From: Carcharhinus longimanus
Taxonomy: Eukaryota
NCBI GenBank assembly: GCA_030264375.1
Contig: JASCQW010000133.1
Location: forward strand, 34,354,076 to 34,418,075
Reading direction: 5' to 3'
Length of the DNA: 64,000 nucleotides
The translations under genes and the position numbers were made by a program. Under the pieces are notes generated by a model, which searched no databases, was not told the origin of the DNA, and saw nothing but the letters and a program-made list of their open reading frames with translations. Of this stretch, positions 1 through 12,551 are shown piece by piece (positions within the stretch are counted from its first letter, which is position 1; every line of letters begins with the position of its first letter).

Positions 1-125
1 GAGATTGTTTCCTATGGCGACACAGATGATGACAGTGGCCCAATAGTGTCATTTGGATTTGCTACAGAAGCTGAAAAAAGGGATGGAGCTTGGACAAATC
101 CTGTTGGAACCTGCCTCTTCCACAA
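1..125 (+). CDS. HECTD4: HECTD4 window exon 1 (5'-truncated), SPRY-like region
   Basis: EIVSYGDTDDDSGPIVSFGFATEAEKRDGAWTNPVGTCLFH; donor AA|gtatgt, phase 2. Confidence 0.9.
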
Positions 126-597
126 GTATGTGTTCAGAATTTTCTGTTGTGCAAAGAGAGCATGGTTTAACTGCAGTTTAGTTTTACTTGTCATCCCATA
201 AGGAGATGCATTATCTTTCTTTGTCACAAAGATCAATAGTGTTCTGCCACATTTTCTTTCATATTAGGCTAAAACAGGAGTTGACTTGTAGCTTGATATT
301 ATTCAACAAACCCCTCAAGCTAACTACTGAAAAGAAGACCAAATGATGGTGGTTCAGCAATGCATGGGGAAAAAAGTATTAACCTAGCTTCATCTTGATA
401 CTTTCCCTCAATATTGTGGCTGATGTCCTGAATTTTGACATGTGAAGAAACTTGTGGTTGCAACTGCTTTTTTCCTGTAGGTTGAGTCCATGCATTAGCA
501 CATAATTGTGCTACACTCCTAATTTGCACTTCAGAACAATGCTTGTAGAACAGAGAAGTTGCATTTTTTTTTTGTTTATTTCTTTTTCTCTCTGCAG

Positions 598-677
598 TAA
601 TGGGAGAGCTGTGCATTACAATGGATCCAGTCTGCTGCAGTGGAAGAGTGTTCGGTTAGATGTCACCTTGTCACCTG
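598..677 (+). CDS. HECTD4: HECTD4 window exon 2
   Basis: tctgcag|...NGRAVHYNGSSLLQWKSVRLDVTLSP G|gtaaat; 80 nt. Confidence 0.92.
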
Positions 678-1299
678 GTAAATGGCAGTTGTTTCATGCG
701 CATTGTTTTGTTTTAATTGGGATATATTTCAAAGTGGTCAAAATTTCAGAATTGCTTTTATTGAGTTTTGTCATGTCACTCAAATTTAATGATTTTCCCC
801 TCAGCTTTGTATTAGTATGTTTGCAAATTGTTCAGTTCAGCTCCTCCCTTGTAAAACTTTATAACAAGTGTTTTCAGAACCAAGTGGATGCTTCATTGTG
901 TGAACGAATCTTGGTTTGTAAATGCTAACAAGTCAACTGAATTTTGTTTTTATCATGACAGCAACCCACTTCAAGTTACAGCCTTGTTCTCCTGACAGTC
1001 TTAAACCTTTCATGACCTTTGTTATGATTTGTGTGATGATCTGAATCCTTAATTCTGTTGTCCAGCTGGGTGGGACTTGCTTCACCTGGTTCCATTCCTA
1101 GCTATCTATTCATAGTCAGCAAATCACTTCTACTGACTTTTCATCCTGCTCCTGCATTGCTACCTTTGAAGTCACTCAAGAATCTATTACTAGCCTCCTC
1201 CTATTTCTCATCCACATACTTCCTTAGGAACATCACCTGAGGCAACATTAAATTCCACATATAAATAGACAACATACCTGACCACTCTTGACCCTTCTC

Positions 1300-2090
1300 T
1301 TTCCGCTGATGAGGTTAGACATTGGATGAACAGAAAATTCTTCCAGTTCTATATTGGGAAGACTAAAGCAATTATCTTCCAGCCCCATTACAAATCCTGT
1401 ACCCTAGTCACTCCAGCCATCTCACTCTGAGTCAGAACTTGACTTTGCAACCATAGCATCCTACTTTATACTGAGATTGCATATCCTCCCCATCACAATG
1501 ACTGCTTATTTTTACCATTATAAGGTTATTACTGTGCTGCTACTTCAACCTAACTGCTGAAATCCTCATCAATGCCACTGTTACTTCTACACTTGACTAT
1601 TCTAATGCTCTCATGTCCGGTTGCCCACTTTGCACAAGCTAACAACTAACTCATCTCTGCTATACCTATTGTAGCACACACTAAGTCCTATTCATTCCTC
1701 ATCCATGTGCTTGTTGGGCTGGATTAGCCCTCCGTCAGGAAATTCCTGTCTTTAAAATCTCATCCTTGTTTTCAAATGTGACCATAGTCCAACCCTACCT
1801 ACCACTCAACCATTTGTTAGACAATCCACAGAGATCTTGGCAGTTCTTCAATTCTGGCCTTTTGCCAGGCTTGATTTTCATTGTTGATTGTGCCTTTAAC
1901 TGTTGAGGTCCCAAGCTCTGAAATTCCCTCCTGAAATCTGTCTACCTCCCTAAGTCTCACTCCTCCTAACCCGCTACCAATTTTTGGATTAGCTGTCCTA
2001 GCATCTCCTTATGTGGCTTATGTTAAATCTTGGTTGATAATTGGTCCTGTCCAGTACTTTGGAACTTTGTTAAAGGTGTTGACTAAGTGC
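1300..2090 (+). mobile_element. decayed L2-type LINE 3' portion
   Basis: L2-like phrases such as cttgactattctaatgctctc (LDYSNAL) and ctctgaaattccctcc; boundaries approximate. Confidence 0.55.
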
Positions 2091-3585
2091 TTGTTGTTCC
2101 ATCACCTAAGCGTATACTTAAGTCACGTATATCACCCTGAAATTTGTTTAACCAGTAAATTGTTAAATCACTTAACTTTCATAATGGAACCAAAAAAAGC
2201 GAGAAATTGCTTGTCTCAATATATGTCTATATTGTACTTCTATTCACTTTTCTTAGACTCATTTATGTCCACCTGAAAGTTAAGTTGCATTCCTTTCCAG
2301 CATACTTTAACAAAAAACTGTATTCATGATGATGTCAACATGATCTCTGGCTTTTTTAAGTCAGTGTGACTTCTTAAAGCTCCTAATAGCATCAAAGGTT
2401 TGTCATAAACTGTTTACATTGCCAGCCAACATGAACCTTGATCCCTAAATGTCAAGCTCAGTGCCCAACCTGGAGCAGCTGGCTCTTTCATCCTCTGATC
2501 TGCAGTTTAACTCCTGCGAAAGGATTTTATCCCTTCAAAAATCAATTAGCTAAAAAAAATTAAGTTATCAAACTTTTAATTATGAAAGCCTTGTTAGGTT
2601 TTCAAAATAATTACATTTCTTGCCTTCCAGTGTGAGCTGCTTATGTTAATAAACTACTTGCTTTGACAAAATTGAATGATCCCTGAACTGATCTAAATTG
2701 GTTGGACTATAATCAATTTTTTGAATAAGGTGGGATTTTGTAGATTAAATAAAGAAAATATATTTCTAAAAATATTCTTTCTCAGACTATATTGAATAAT
2801 TCTATATTCCATATTCCTGTTATAATTTTTAGTCACTTAAATCACACAGTTAACAAGCGGTTAAAAATGGTCCTGCTAGAATGAACATAATGAAGAGAGG
2901 GTTTACACCTATGCTTCAGCCTCATCTACCACCAAGGAGATATATGCCCAGTTTTAAACTGAGTTTTCACACCTCGTGCCACATGTTCATCCTCGGAGAC
3001 AGTTTTCTTAAAGCATTCAGAACAGCTAATTAAATTTCTTTTTTATTTTAAAGAAAGATTGTACTATATCAACAGTAAGTATTGTTTTTCCCCTTTTTTA
3101 AACCTTCATTTACGAAGGTATTGTTTTATTTTTGTGTAGCGATCTTCAAGGTCTTTGCTACCACACCCAAGTGACCATTCTTATTTTTGGAGACCATATA
3201 GTGTCAGAGTTGCCAGGCAGTTCAACAATTTAGGACATCAAAAACTAATGTAACGATTTTCCCAGCTAATGTGAACATATGAACACATTCCAAAGACTTG
3301 GAGGTTTGCTGTTCCTCGCAATAGTTAACTATTCCTATAGCAAGGCAGCAAAACAGCCATGATTTACACTCCCAATAATTTGAACAACTGGGAGTGTAAA
3401 TCATGGAGTGTAAACCAGGAACAGCAAACATCCAAGTCTTTGCAGTGGGTTTTTCACTAATTAAACTCATTTAGCATGACTTGTAACCTTCTTCACTTTT
3501 TATTAAAAACTCTTAAAACACTAATTAAAATAGGTTGCACTGCATATATTTTTTTTCTCCTCTTCAACTTCTTTTCCTCCTTTAG

Positions 3586-3749
3586 GTGATGTAGCAGGTA
3601 TTGGTTGGGAGAGAAGCGATGGAACCCCTCCACCACCGGGGCAGCCATCAAAGGGCAGAGTATATTTCACATATTGTGGGCAGCGACTGAGCCCATTCCT
3701 CGAAGATGTTTCTGGTGGCATGTGGCCAGTAGTTCACATTCAGAAAAAG
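3586..3749 (+). CDS. HECTD4: HECTD4 window exon 3 (SPRY-like motifs)
   Basis: tttag|GDVAGIGWERSDGTPPPPGQPSKGRVYFTYCGQRLSPFLEDVSGGMWPVVHIQKK|gtaatt. Confidence 0.93.
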
Positions 3750-4829
3750 GTAATTTATTGTTTCATTTATCATTCATTTTCAGCACATAACCCAGATGAT
3801 GAGTTGAAGGGTTGTGTTGTTTCAAGATGGACTGAGATCATCAAAATACATTCCACCATGAAGCTTTAATGCCCAAAACATGAACTTGCTACTGTACCAC
3901 ATGTTTATTTTATGAAATTGTGCTACTGTCAGATTCTTTAACCATGTAACTTTCAGGAATATTGGAGCTGCAGTTTGCAACATGGAAATAACAGCTTATT
4001 CTAACATGGAGTATACAACAACCAGTGCCGTTTGGGCAGTTTTTTACGATAGATGCTTGTTACGTTAGATTTAATTGTTCCGATGATCTTTAGCTTTTAA
4101 TTGACAAATGTTGAAGTTAGGTGAAGGTTGCCAGGCACCATTTTGCTGTGAAGTTATATGACTAGCTTAGCCATTTAATCTTGCTGCAGTCTGGAGAATC
4201 TTCTATACTGCTCTTCTGTCTTTTACCTGATGAGCAGTGCAAGACACACGAAGAGTTCTATCTCTGTATACTGCAAAAGAAAAAATATCCATGAGTCCAG
4301 CAAAGCCTTTGCCTGACCAGAATATTTGGCAGATCAATGTCATAGGTTGCCCGTTAGTCATGGCCATACTGTCTGGTAGATGTGCCATATGTATTTTCTT
4401 GAACAACTTACAATTATTCTTAAAAAGTGCACGGCTACAATATCCAATCTTTTTGTAGTAGAGGTTGTGCTTTCAATTTTTTTTCATTGTCTTCACTGGC
4501 TCCTTGTTAATTGCATTGCCAGAAAAACATATTGAAGGCTTTAATATTTTGCTTCTGGAATAGTACCAAAGCAATGTGAAGATATTACTTTTATTCAAAG
4601 ATGATTATTGCTTGTTTAAAGATGGAAGATGAATGCAACAGTTGGTGCATACAGTATGCCCAAGAGACATGCCGATTTTGGCACACAGTATTTCGTGCAG
4701 AATTTGTGTGTCTTTGCATAATATGCGTTGTGATACTTCCTAACTTAACATGCTACACTGTCAGAGGTCTCATTTTTTTGGATGAGATTCAAATTATCCC
4801 CTGGAGTGAAGGTAAAAGATCACATGGCA

Positions 4830-5035
4830 TGATTTTGAAGAAGAGCAGGAGTTCTCCCTGGTGTTCTGGCCAATTTATCCTTCAACCACAATGCTAAAAG
4901 CAGGTTATCTGTTGATTTACCATGTTGTTGTTTGTGGAACCTTGTTGTGCACAAAGTGACTGTTGCACTTCCTCGATTATAACATTAATTCTACTTCAAA
5001 AAATGCTGTAAAGCACTTCAGACATTCTGAAGTCT
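4830..5035 (+). mobile_element. Deu-domain SINE (SacSINE/AmnSINE-like) fragment
   Basis: gagttctccctggtgttctggccaatttatccttcaacc...gtaaagcactt; related pieces at about 5800-5950, 33010-33140 and 35690-35920. Confidence 0.5.
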
Positions 5036-5272
5036 TTTATCTTTTAAATTGGGAATATGAAGCAATTAAAGGTGAATAGGCTATTTAGAGGTCTTCTGAT
5101 GCTCGTCTACATGATTCCAGAATGGAGAATTCACGTTCTCCCAAATAAGCCCATATCAAAAGACAAAATTCATCAATTTATTCTTCAGTATATTATCTCT
5201 AGTTATTTCTAATTATATAGAGCAAATTCTTGAGCTTGCAATTGCTTGTTTCCATCTGCTTGTTTTTAATAG

Positions 5273-5510
5273 AATACTAAAGTTCGTGCAAACTTTGGAT
5301 GTCGTCCTTTTGCTTATGCAGAGGGTCAGGCACACCGAAATGCAGCTGACCTATGTATTGATCTAGCTGAGGAAATCAGTGCCAACTTTGAGGCTTTGCC
5401 ATTTGCCATGGCCTCTGACAGCGACAACGATGCCGGTGCTAGTGTGGCGTCAGATACTGGGTCCCATGGTCCACCCTGTCGAATTGCAGCAACTGCTGCA
5501 GCACAACAGC
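5273..5510 (+). CDS. HECTD4: HECTD4 window exon 4
   Basis: aatag|NTKVRANFGCRPFAYAEGQAHRNAADLCIDLAEEISANFEALPF...AAQQ C|gtaagt; 238 nt. Confidence 0.93.
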
Positions 5511-6501
5511 GTAAGTAGCATTTCTCATTGAAGGACATTTGATTGTGTATTGGTGCTATGTTGCTTGGACTTTTCCATCCTCTAGATTTACTCTAACATG
5601 TTTTGACTTCAGTATTTTGGACTATTCACATAGATGAGTGCGATCTCTTTATGACCTAGAAACTAGGTAAGCTTTTGATAATATGCCCAAGTGAATACAC
5701 AGGAAACATATTTCCAAATACTTTAGTTACCAGAATTGTTCTGAACCTCTTTCATCTCTAGGAATAGCAGACCTTTTTCAGGCTTTAACTATCAAAAACA
5801 GATGATCTAACCATTATCACGTTGCTGCTTGTGAGACCTTGCTGTATTGGCTGCTGCATTTCATACATTACAACAGTGGCAACACTTCCGAAATATTTCG
5901 TTGATTGCAGAGTGCTTTGGAATACCCTGAGGTTATGAAAAATGTTATATAACGTTCTTCAACAATAGATAAATAATGCATGTAACAATAATGCATATTT
6001 ACTGTTAAAATTATATTAGCTAGTTCAAAAGGAAAAGAATATACAAGATCATTAAAGTACTGTTCTTTAGAATTAATATTGTTATAGACATTGTAATTCT
6101 AATCTTGTTTCTCTGATCATTGGGTAGGTGATATTGCTCTTTCTGAACTCTTGAAGATTCCAAAGGAATCACCTTGACTTGAGTAATAGAAGTTAATAAT
6201 TCTTAAGAATAGCGACTAGAAATTCTTAGGTTTGAACAACCGCCAGCTGAAACTTAAAAAGTAGCTGTCGGTTCTACGTGCAACTAAACCAAACCAACAT
6301 TATTTTATATGTTTGAATTGTGTGCCTTGATGCCTTTCTCAAGCCTGTAACCTTGGAGATAATATTTTACAAGATCAGAAGAAGAGTTCTGAAACCTTAA
6401 TTCTGTTTCTCGCCCCATAACTGCTGCCAAACCTGCTGAATATTTCCAGCATCTATAGTATTTTGTTTTTGACTTTTTTGCTTTAGACTGGATTCAAGTT
6501 T

Positions 6502-7208
6502 TGTTAGGGCCTTGGACCAGAATCCCAAATTACATTAAGAAGTCAGACTAGACCCCAACGGTTTTTCTATTTTGGCATAAATGTGAGGATAGGATGCTTC
6601 ACTCCAGGAGTTCTTCCACTGACAAACTGGGAATCTTTTATAGTAAAAGCAAACTTTATTTAATAACACAGTTTAAGTATAACTCCTAACAAAATGAAAC
6701 AACTTAACTATTATCTGTTGAACAATATTTAAACATGAAAAGAAACTGCTCTAATTTCTAACTTATCACTGTTTCAGTTCCAAATAAGCAACACTACTTA
6801 CAGACTCAAACTCCACTTTAAATATAGTTAGCAACCATAAATATGCTTGCAATATTCAGTGTGAACAGCCTTGAAGCTTTCAGAGAGATTTTGTGGAGAG
6901 AGCAGCTTGCAGACTTCTGTCCTTAAACAAACCCCAACCAGAACTGAAAGCTGATTTTTCTCTACTACATATCTAGCTCCTCCCATTAACTGCATTATCA
7001 CATGACCCTGTCAAAACCAAAAACCCCAGGGGTAACCATCTATAAATAAAAATCCATTAACTCTCTCCTAAATAAACACTAAATGGCTAAAATGAGTAAT
7101 TATCCTGCTGTCCCAAGATCTGAGCTGCATTCCCTCCAAACATACTGACTACTTGTTTAAAAAAAGCTGAACCTTAAAACTTTCCCTTTAGAATATATCA
7201 GTAGCACA
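6502..7208 (+). mobile_element. solo LTR-like element (TG...CA ends)
   Basis: Starts tgttagggcc, ends cagtagcaca; its first ~130 bp align with the reverse complement of 35110-35231; no clear TSD. Confidence 0.5.
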
Positions 7209-7296
7209 CTATCATCGTAGTTTCTATAAGTTCTTAAATATGCCACTTGATAATAGGAAACATGCCTAATGTGGCTTATTTTATTCTCATTTGCAG

Positions 7297-7433
7297 AATA
7301 TGACAGTGACGCTTCTTGCCATTATAAAGTGGAATTGAGCTATGAAAATTTTTTGATATCTGGTCCATACTGTCATCCTTCACCAGTAGCTGATGATGAA
7401 AGTGATGATGATGATGACGATGACATTCCAAGA
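7297..7433 (+). CDS. HECTD4: HECTD4 window exon 5 (acidic tract)
   Basis: ttgcag|YDSDASCHYKVELSYENF...DDESDDDDDDDIPR|gtaagt. Confidence 0.93.
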
Positions 7434-8791
7434 GTAAGTAATAGACAACTTCAAGTAAGAAATGAAAATTAGTTGTTTTCTTTGTGCACATTAAAATTAT
7501 TCAAATGTTATTTGAAACAGTTTAGTCCCTTTTCCCAGACTGAGAAGTGATCTCTCAATTGGGAGTGTATGAACTATGGGTTCAAAGGTTGCTGAAATGG
7601 GGATATTATTGATCTTAACTACCAGTTAGGCAGTTTTGCTTCCTAGTGCCTCAGTGGCAGTTGATGCCACAATTTAATGGGAAGCTGATTAGATTATGCC
7701 ATAGCTAATTGTAAATTTGAGGAGGCATGGCCAATATATTGATTCTGCCACCAAAACAGCATGCACCAGATGATGAGAGAGGAGAGAACATCTGAGCTGG
7801 CAGTAGATAGATAAACCAGCAGAATTATAAAAAAATAATTAAAACTGTTATGTTTTCATACTAGGCTATGACAAATTTTCCCATATTCACCATTTTATTT
7901 GTTACATTTTAATAATTGTGCCTGACATTTTAAATGGTATCACATCACCTGAGACAGATGTTGTCTTTGAATGTGTAGAGCATGGAGGAGTTCTGATTTT
8001 CTCATGCAAAATGCTGCAATTTTGAGCAGGCAACTGTTCTGTTTTGTTCATATATAACCTAAATAGAAGCCATCATCCATATATGATGCATTCATCTGCA
8101 AACAAGACAACAGGCATACAGTCACAAGTGAGATTTGTAGGCTCTCCATGTATCACTTTGGAATTCACAATGGCAAGTGGCAGAAGTCCTATCCCATTAG
8201 AATTCACTGCCTCCTGTGTTAAATTGCATTACATCTCATTGAACAATGTTGTAACCCAAACATCAGTTTGTTTGTGAATTTTTTTGTGCAACTCCAAAAT
8301 ATTTGCTTCCTCAAATACAAGTCTGCAGGTAATGCAATATTTGGTTTCCAATTCCATTATTTTTCAGACTTAAGTGACAGCTACATGAAAAACGATGTAA
8401 GTGCAACAAATTTATAGTTGCCATTTGTTTTAATGGAGCAATTATAAACAATTTTGATTAGGTTAATGTTTGTGTGGCAGAGAAGCCACCACAAATTATG
8501 ACGCAAGTCGCTGGACTTTTAAGTTGCTGTGATATTTGCACTATGATAGTAACACATACGATAGTGATCCATGTTCAAGTTCAGGCCATCATAAACCCAA
8601 ATCCCATTGGTTAGTGTTGGTAATATAACAATTCATCAAGAACCATATTGCACTTTGAAATGCATATTTCGCTTAATTGTATTCATCTGACCTAACCATA
8701 ATCAGTTATGAAGAACGGTGGCATAGAATTTATATTTTTATCATGAGGTTTTCGGTCAGCCCACTCATGAGTATGTTCTGCAGTATATTGC

Positions 8792-9223
8792 TGCAGAAGG
8801 TTAGGGTGCATGGAGTTGGGGCTAAGGTGTTAGCGTGGATAGAGGATTGGCTGTCTAATAGGAAGCAGAGAGTTGGAATCAATGGGTACTATTCTGGTTG
8901 GCAGTTGGTGACTAGTGGAGTGTCGCAGGGATTGGTGCTGGGGCTCAACTGTTTACCATTTACATAGATGATCTGGAGGAGGGGGCTGAGTGTAGGGAGA
9001 TGAAATTTGCTGATGACACAAAGGTGAGCGGAAAAGCAAATTGCGTGGAGGGTGTGGAAAGTCTGCGGAGAAATCTGGATAGGCTGAGCGAGTGGGTGAG
9101 GATCTGGCAGATGGAGTAGCAAGTGTGAGGTTATCCACTTTGGTAGAAATAATAGTAGGAGGGATTATTATTTGAAAGGCGAAAAGCTGCAGCGTGCTAC
9201 AGTGCAGAGGGACCTGGGGGTCC
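8792..9223 (+). mobile_element. CR1 LINE RT fragment
   Basis: KVLAWIEDWLSNRKQRVGING...VTSGVSQG and KFADDTK motifs; ends at N gap. Confidence 0.9.
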
Positions 9224-9323
9224 TNNNNNNNNNNNNNNNNNNNNNNNNNNNNNNNNNNNNNNNNNNNNNNNNNNNNNNNNNNNNNNNNNNNNNNNNNNNN
9301 NNNNNNNNNNNNNNNNNNNNNNN

Positions 9324-9730
9324 NCAGCCTCTCCTCATAGCTCAACCCCCTCAACTCCGGTATCAGCCTAGTAAACCTCCTCTGCACTCCCTCCAAGTGT
9401 GGTACAGGCAGGTTCAATTGAAGCCTTAACTTGACTATTATCTGAAAATGAAGAACGTGAGAAGATGGGGGAACGGCACTAGGTGAATTGCTCATTCGGA
9501 GAGCTGATGCAGACACGATGGGCTGAATGGCCTCTTCTTCCCTGGTAACAATTCTGTTCCAGTTACGGGTAGATAGGTTTGTGATAGACAAGGGAATTAA
9601 GGGTTATGGGGAGAAAGTGGGAAAGTGGAACTGATCCACTTCAGACCAGCCGTGATCTTATTGAATGGCAGGGCAGGCCCGAAGGGCTAGATGGTCTACT
9701 CCTGCTCCTATTTCTTATGTTCTTATATTC
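9324..9730. mobile_element. CR1 fragments: a minus-strand piece (9324-9395), then + strand 3' ends with a TTCTTATG tail
   Basis: Minus strand LEGVQRRFTRLIPELRGLSYEERL; plus strand ends cctgctcctatttcttatgttcttat. Confidence 0.85.
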
Positions 9731-9976
9731 TGTATTTCAATACAAGTTATTCTCCTTGTAATATGTAACTTTGTGCTTTCTATATTAAGGGACATGGGAA
9801 ACGTGAAGAAATATAATGAATGAAAAATACTTGCAAACAAGTGAAGAATTAGCCAGATTTACAGGTTTAATTCCAAGCAGGAGTGATTTGAGTTTTTGTT
9901 TTATCCTATTAATTGCAGAATACAATTGGTCAACTAGCAGTGTCTTATTGCTGTGATTTATGTTGTCCTTCCACAG

Positions 9977-10103
9977 GAGGATCACTATGCACTTTTAGTC
10001 AAAGCCTGGGAAACCAAAGTCTTTCCTACCATTCGTAGACGATTCCGGAATGAAGCAGAAAGAAAATCTGGATTAGATCAAATAAAAGGTGCTCTGCAGC
10101 TTG
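9977..10103 (+). CDS. HECTD4: HECTD4 window exon 6
   Basis: ccacag|EDHYALLVKAWETKVFPTIRRRFRNEAERKSGLDQIKGALQL G|gtaagt. Confidence 0.93.
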
Positions 10104-10234
10104 GTAAGTTCTAAGCAATCTAATGTGATGAATAAATGTCTAGCAGATTGTTCAAGAGTAAAAGTACTCTGCTGATTGTTACATACTCCTGTTTGAAGAC
10201 AGATCTCTAAACACGTTGGGTTCCTTTTACTTTT

Positions 10235-10600
10235 TAATTGTTTGCCGTTCTTGTTTTCAAATCCCTATATGGCCTTGTCACTCTCTATCTCTGTAAGCTC
10301 CTGCAGCCCCACAACTTTGAGGTATCTTCCATCCTCAAATTCTGGTCTTGAGCATCTCCAATTTTCACTCTACCATTGGTGGCTGTGTCTTCAACTTCGA
10401 AGGCTCTAAGCATCCCCAAACCCCCCTCGTTCTCTTTTTACTTCTTTAAGATACTCCCTAAAACTGACTTTTTTGACCAAGATTTTGGTAATTTATCCCT
10501 ATATCAGCTTATGTGGCTCAGTTGCACATTTTGCTTTACAATGCCCCTTTGAACAAGCTTGGGACGTTTTGTCATGTTAAAGATGCTATATACGCAAGTC
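10235..10600 (+). mobile_element. L2-type LINE 3' end
   Basis: ttcaaatccctatatggccttg...taaagatgctatata; similar to the 3' part of the 1.3-2.1 kb element. Confidence 0.55.
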
Positions 10601-10839
10601 CTTGTCACAGAGAGCGCAAGGATTAGACACTTTGTATAAAATTACCTTTTCAGTGACAGCATGTTGCTCTATTCCATTGACAATAATTGACAGTAGCAGG
10701 AAAGTGAGACGCAGTTACTGTTGTTGAGGAACTAATTGCATGCACGTCACCTGCTCACAAATGTCTGTGAAGTGCATATGTAGCAACAAGAAGCAATTGG
10801 ATATAGCCATCAAATATATAGATGTATGAAAACTTATAG

Positions 10840-11010
10840 CACTGGTGGTGGTGGACACGCTGGGATTGTTTAAGACTTATCTCGATAGTCACATGAGCAG
10901 ACGGGGAATGGAGGGAAACAAAAGAATGGTCCAGTTGGACCAGTGAGCGGTGCAGGCTTGGAGGGCCGAAGGGCCTGTTTTCTGTGCTGTTTTGTTCTTT
11001 GTTCTTTGTA
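10840..11010 (+). mobile_element. CR1/HER1-type LINE 3' end
   Basis: gggccgaagggcctgtt...gttctttgttctttgt tail; another tip at about 57040-57087. Confidence 0.7.
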
Positions 11011-11150
11011 TTACACAACTAAACAACAGTGTTGCAAAGCCAGCCAACCACTATAAGCCCAGCAGCAGCAAAATAGTCTCAAATATATTCCATCTTCACA
11101 TTGCCAGAACCAAGAAGGAATTTAACATCTCCTTGAATGGCAAGAGACTA

Positions 11151-12551
11151 AATTGCAAACAACATCTCATTTATCTTGGTAGAGATGTTTGCTGAGCAGG
11201 GACTTGCAAAAGTTCCTGCTCAGCAAACTTGCTGGCTCTCTATGGGGTGCAGATCTACTTGACTGCAGTGTACTTTGCACCAATATGGTACAATTCTTTT
11301 CCCAGACTTGTCAATCCCCAGCTCAGCGCAACAATGTGTACAATTTTGGGTACCTTCCAATCAATTTAACTCCCCTACTTCCCAGTCATGACCACCCTCT
11401 TGCCCCTCACATGAGGAGGTAGATTGCAACAAGAAGGCTTCTGAAGAAGGATTACATCAGCCCAAGTTTTCCACTATACAAGGACCACACTGATTCATCT
11501 GCTGCTCACCTCGTGTAGTGCCATTCTGTCTGGCTAAGATCACCGTGATGTGGAGATGCCAGCGTTGGACTGGAGTAAACACAGCAAGAAGTCTCACAAC
11601 ATCAGGTTAAAGTCCAGCAGATTTATTTGGTGGCACAAGCCACTAGCTTTCGGAGTGCTGTTCCTTCATCAGGTAAGTGGGAGTTCTGTTCACAAACAGC
11701 ATATAAAGACACAAACCCAATTTACAAAATAGTGCTTGATAATTATAATCANNNNNNNNNNNNNNNNNNNNNNNNNNNNNNNNNNNNNNNNNNNNNNNNN
11801 NNNNNNNNNNNNNNNNNNNNNNNNNNNNNNNNNNNNNNNNNNNNNNNNNNNNNNNNNNNNNNNNNNNNNNNNNNNNNNNNNNNNNNNNNNNNNNNNNNNN
11901 NNNNNNNNNNNNNNNNNNNNNNNNNNNNNNNNNNNNNNNNNNNNNNNNNNNNGCTTGATAATTATAATCATTATTTTGTAAATTGGGTTTGTGACTTTAT
12001 ACGCCCTGTTTGTGAACAGAACTCCCACTCACCTGATGAAGGAGCACAGTACTCTGAAAGCATGTGGCTTGTGCTACCAAATAAACTTGTTGGACTTTAA
12101 CCTGATGTTGTGAGACTTCTTGCTGTGTTTACCCCAGTCCAATGCCAGCATCTCCACATCACAGTGATCTTAGCCAGACAGGATGGCACTACATGAGGTG
12201 AACAGCAGGTGAATTGGTGTGGTCCCTGTGTAGTGGAAAACTTGGGTTGATGTAATCCTTCTTCAGGAGCCGCCTTGTTACAATCTACCTCCTTGTGAGG
12301 GGCAAGAGGGTGGTCATGACTGGGAAGTAGGGGCATTAAATTGATTGGAAGATACCCAAAATTGTACACATTGCGCTGAGTTGGGGATTAACAAGACTGG
12401 GAAAGGAGTTGTACCATATTGGTGCAAAGTACACAGCAGTCAAATAGACCTGCACCCCATGGAGAGCCAGCAAGTTTGCTGAGCAGGAACTTTTGCAAGT
12501 TCCTGCTCAGCAAACATCTCTACCAAGGTAAATGAGATGTTGTTTGCAATT
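11151..12551. repeat. long inverted repeat (arms about 600 bp: 11151-11751 and 11953-12551)
   Basis: Arms align as reverse complements along their length; a 60-bp sample (11281-11340) had 5 substitutions and one 3-bp indel. Confidence 0.95.

Noticed and set aside
9223-9395. CR1 strand switches across gaps (also 60685-60786) as inversion or twin-priming events
   Set aside because: The junctions lie inside N gaps, so separate insertions or scaffolding effects are equally likely.
11151-12551. The long palindrome as a pure assembly or amplification chimera
   Set aside because: The arms differ by roughly 10% with indels, and the structure is closed by a 12-bp TSD; an artefactual fold-back would give near-identical arms.
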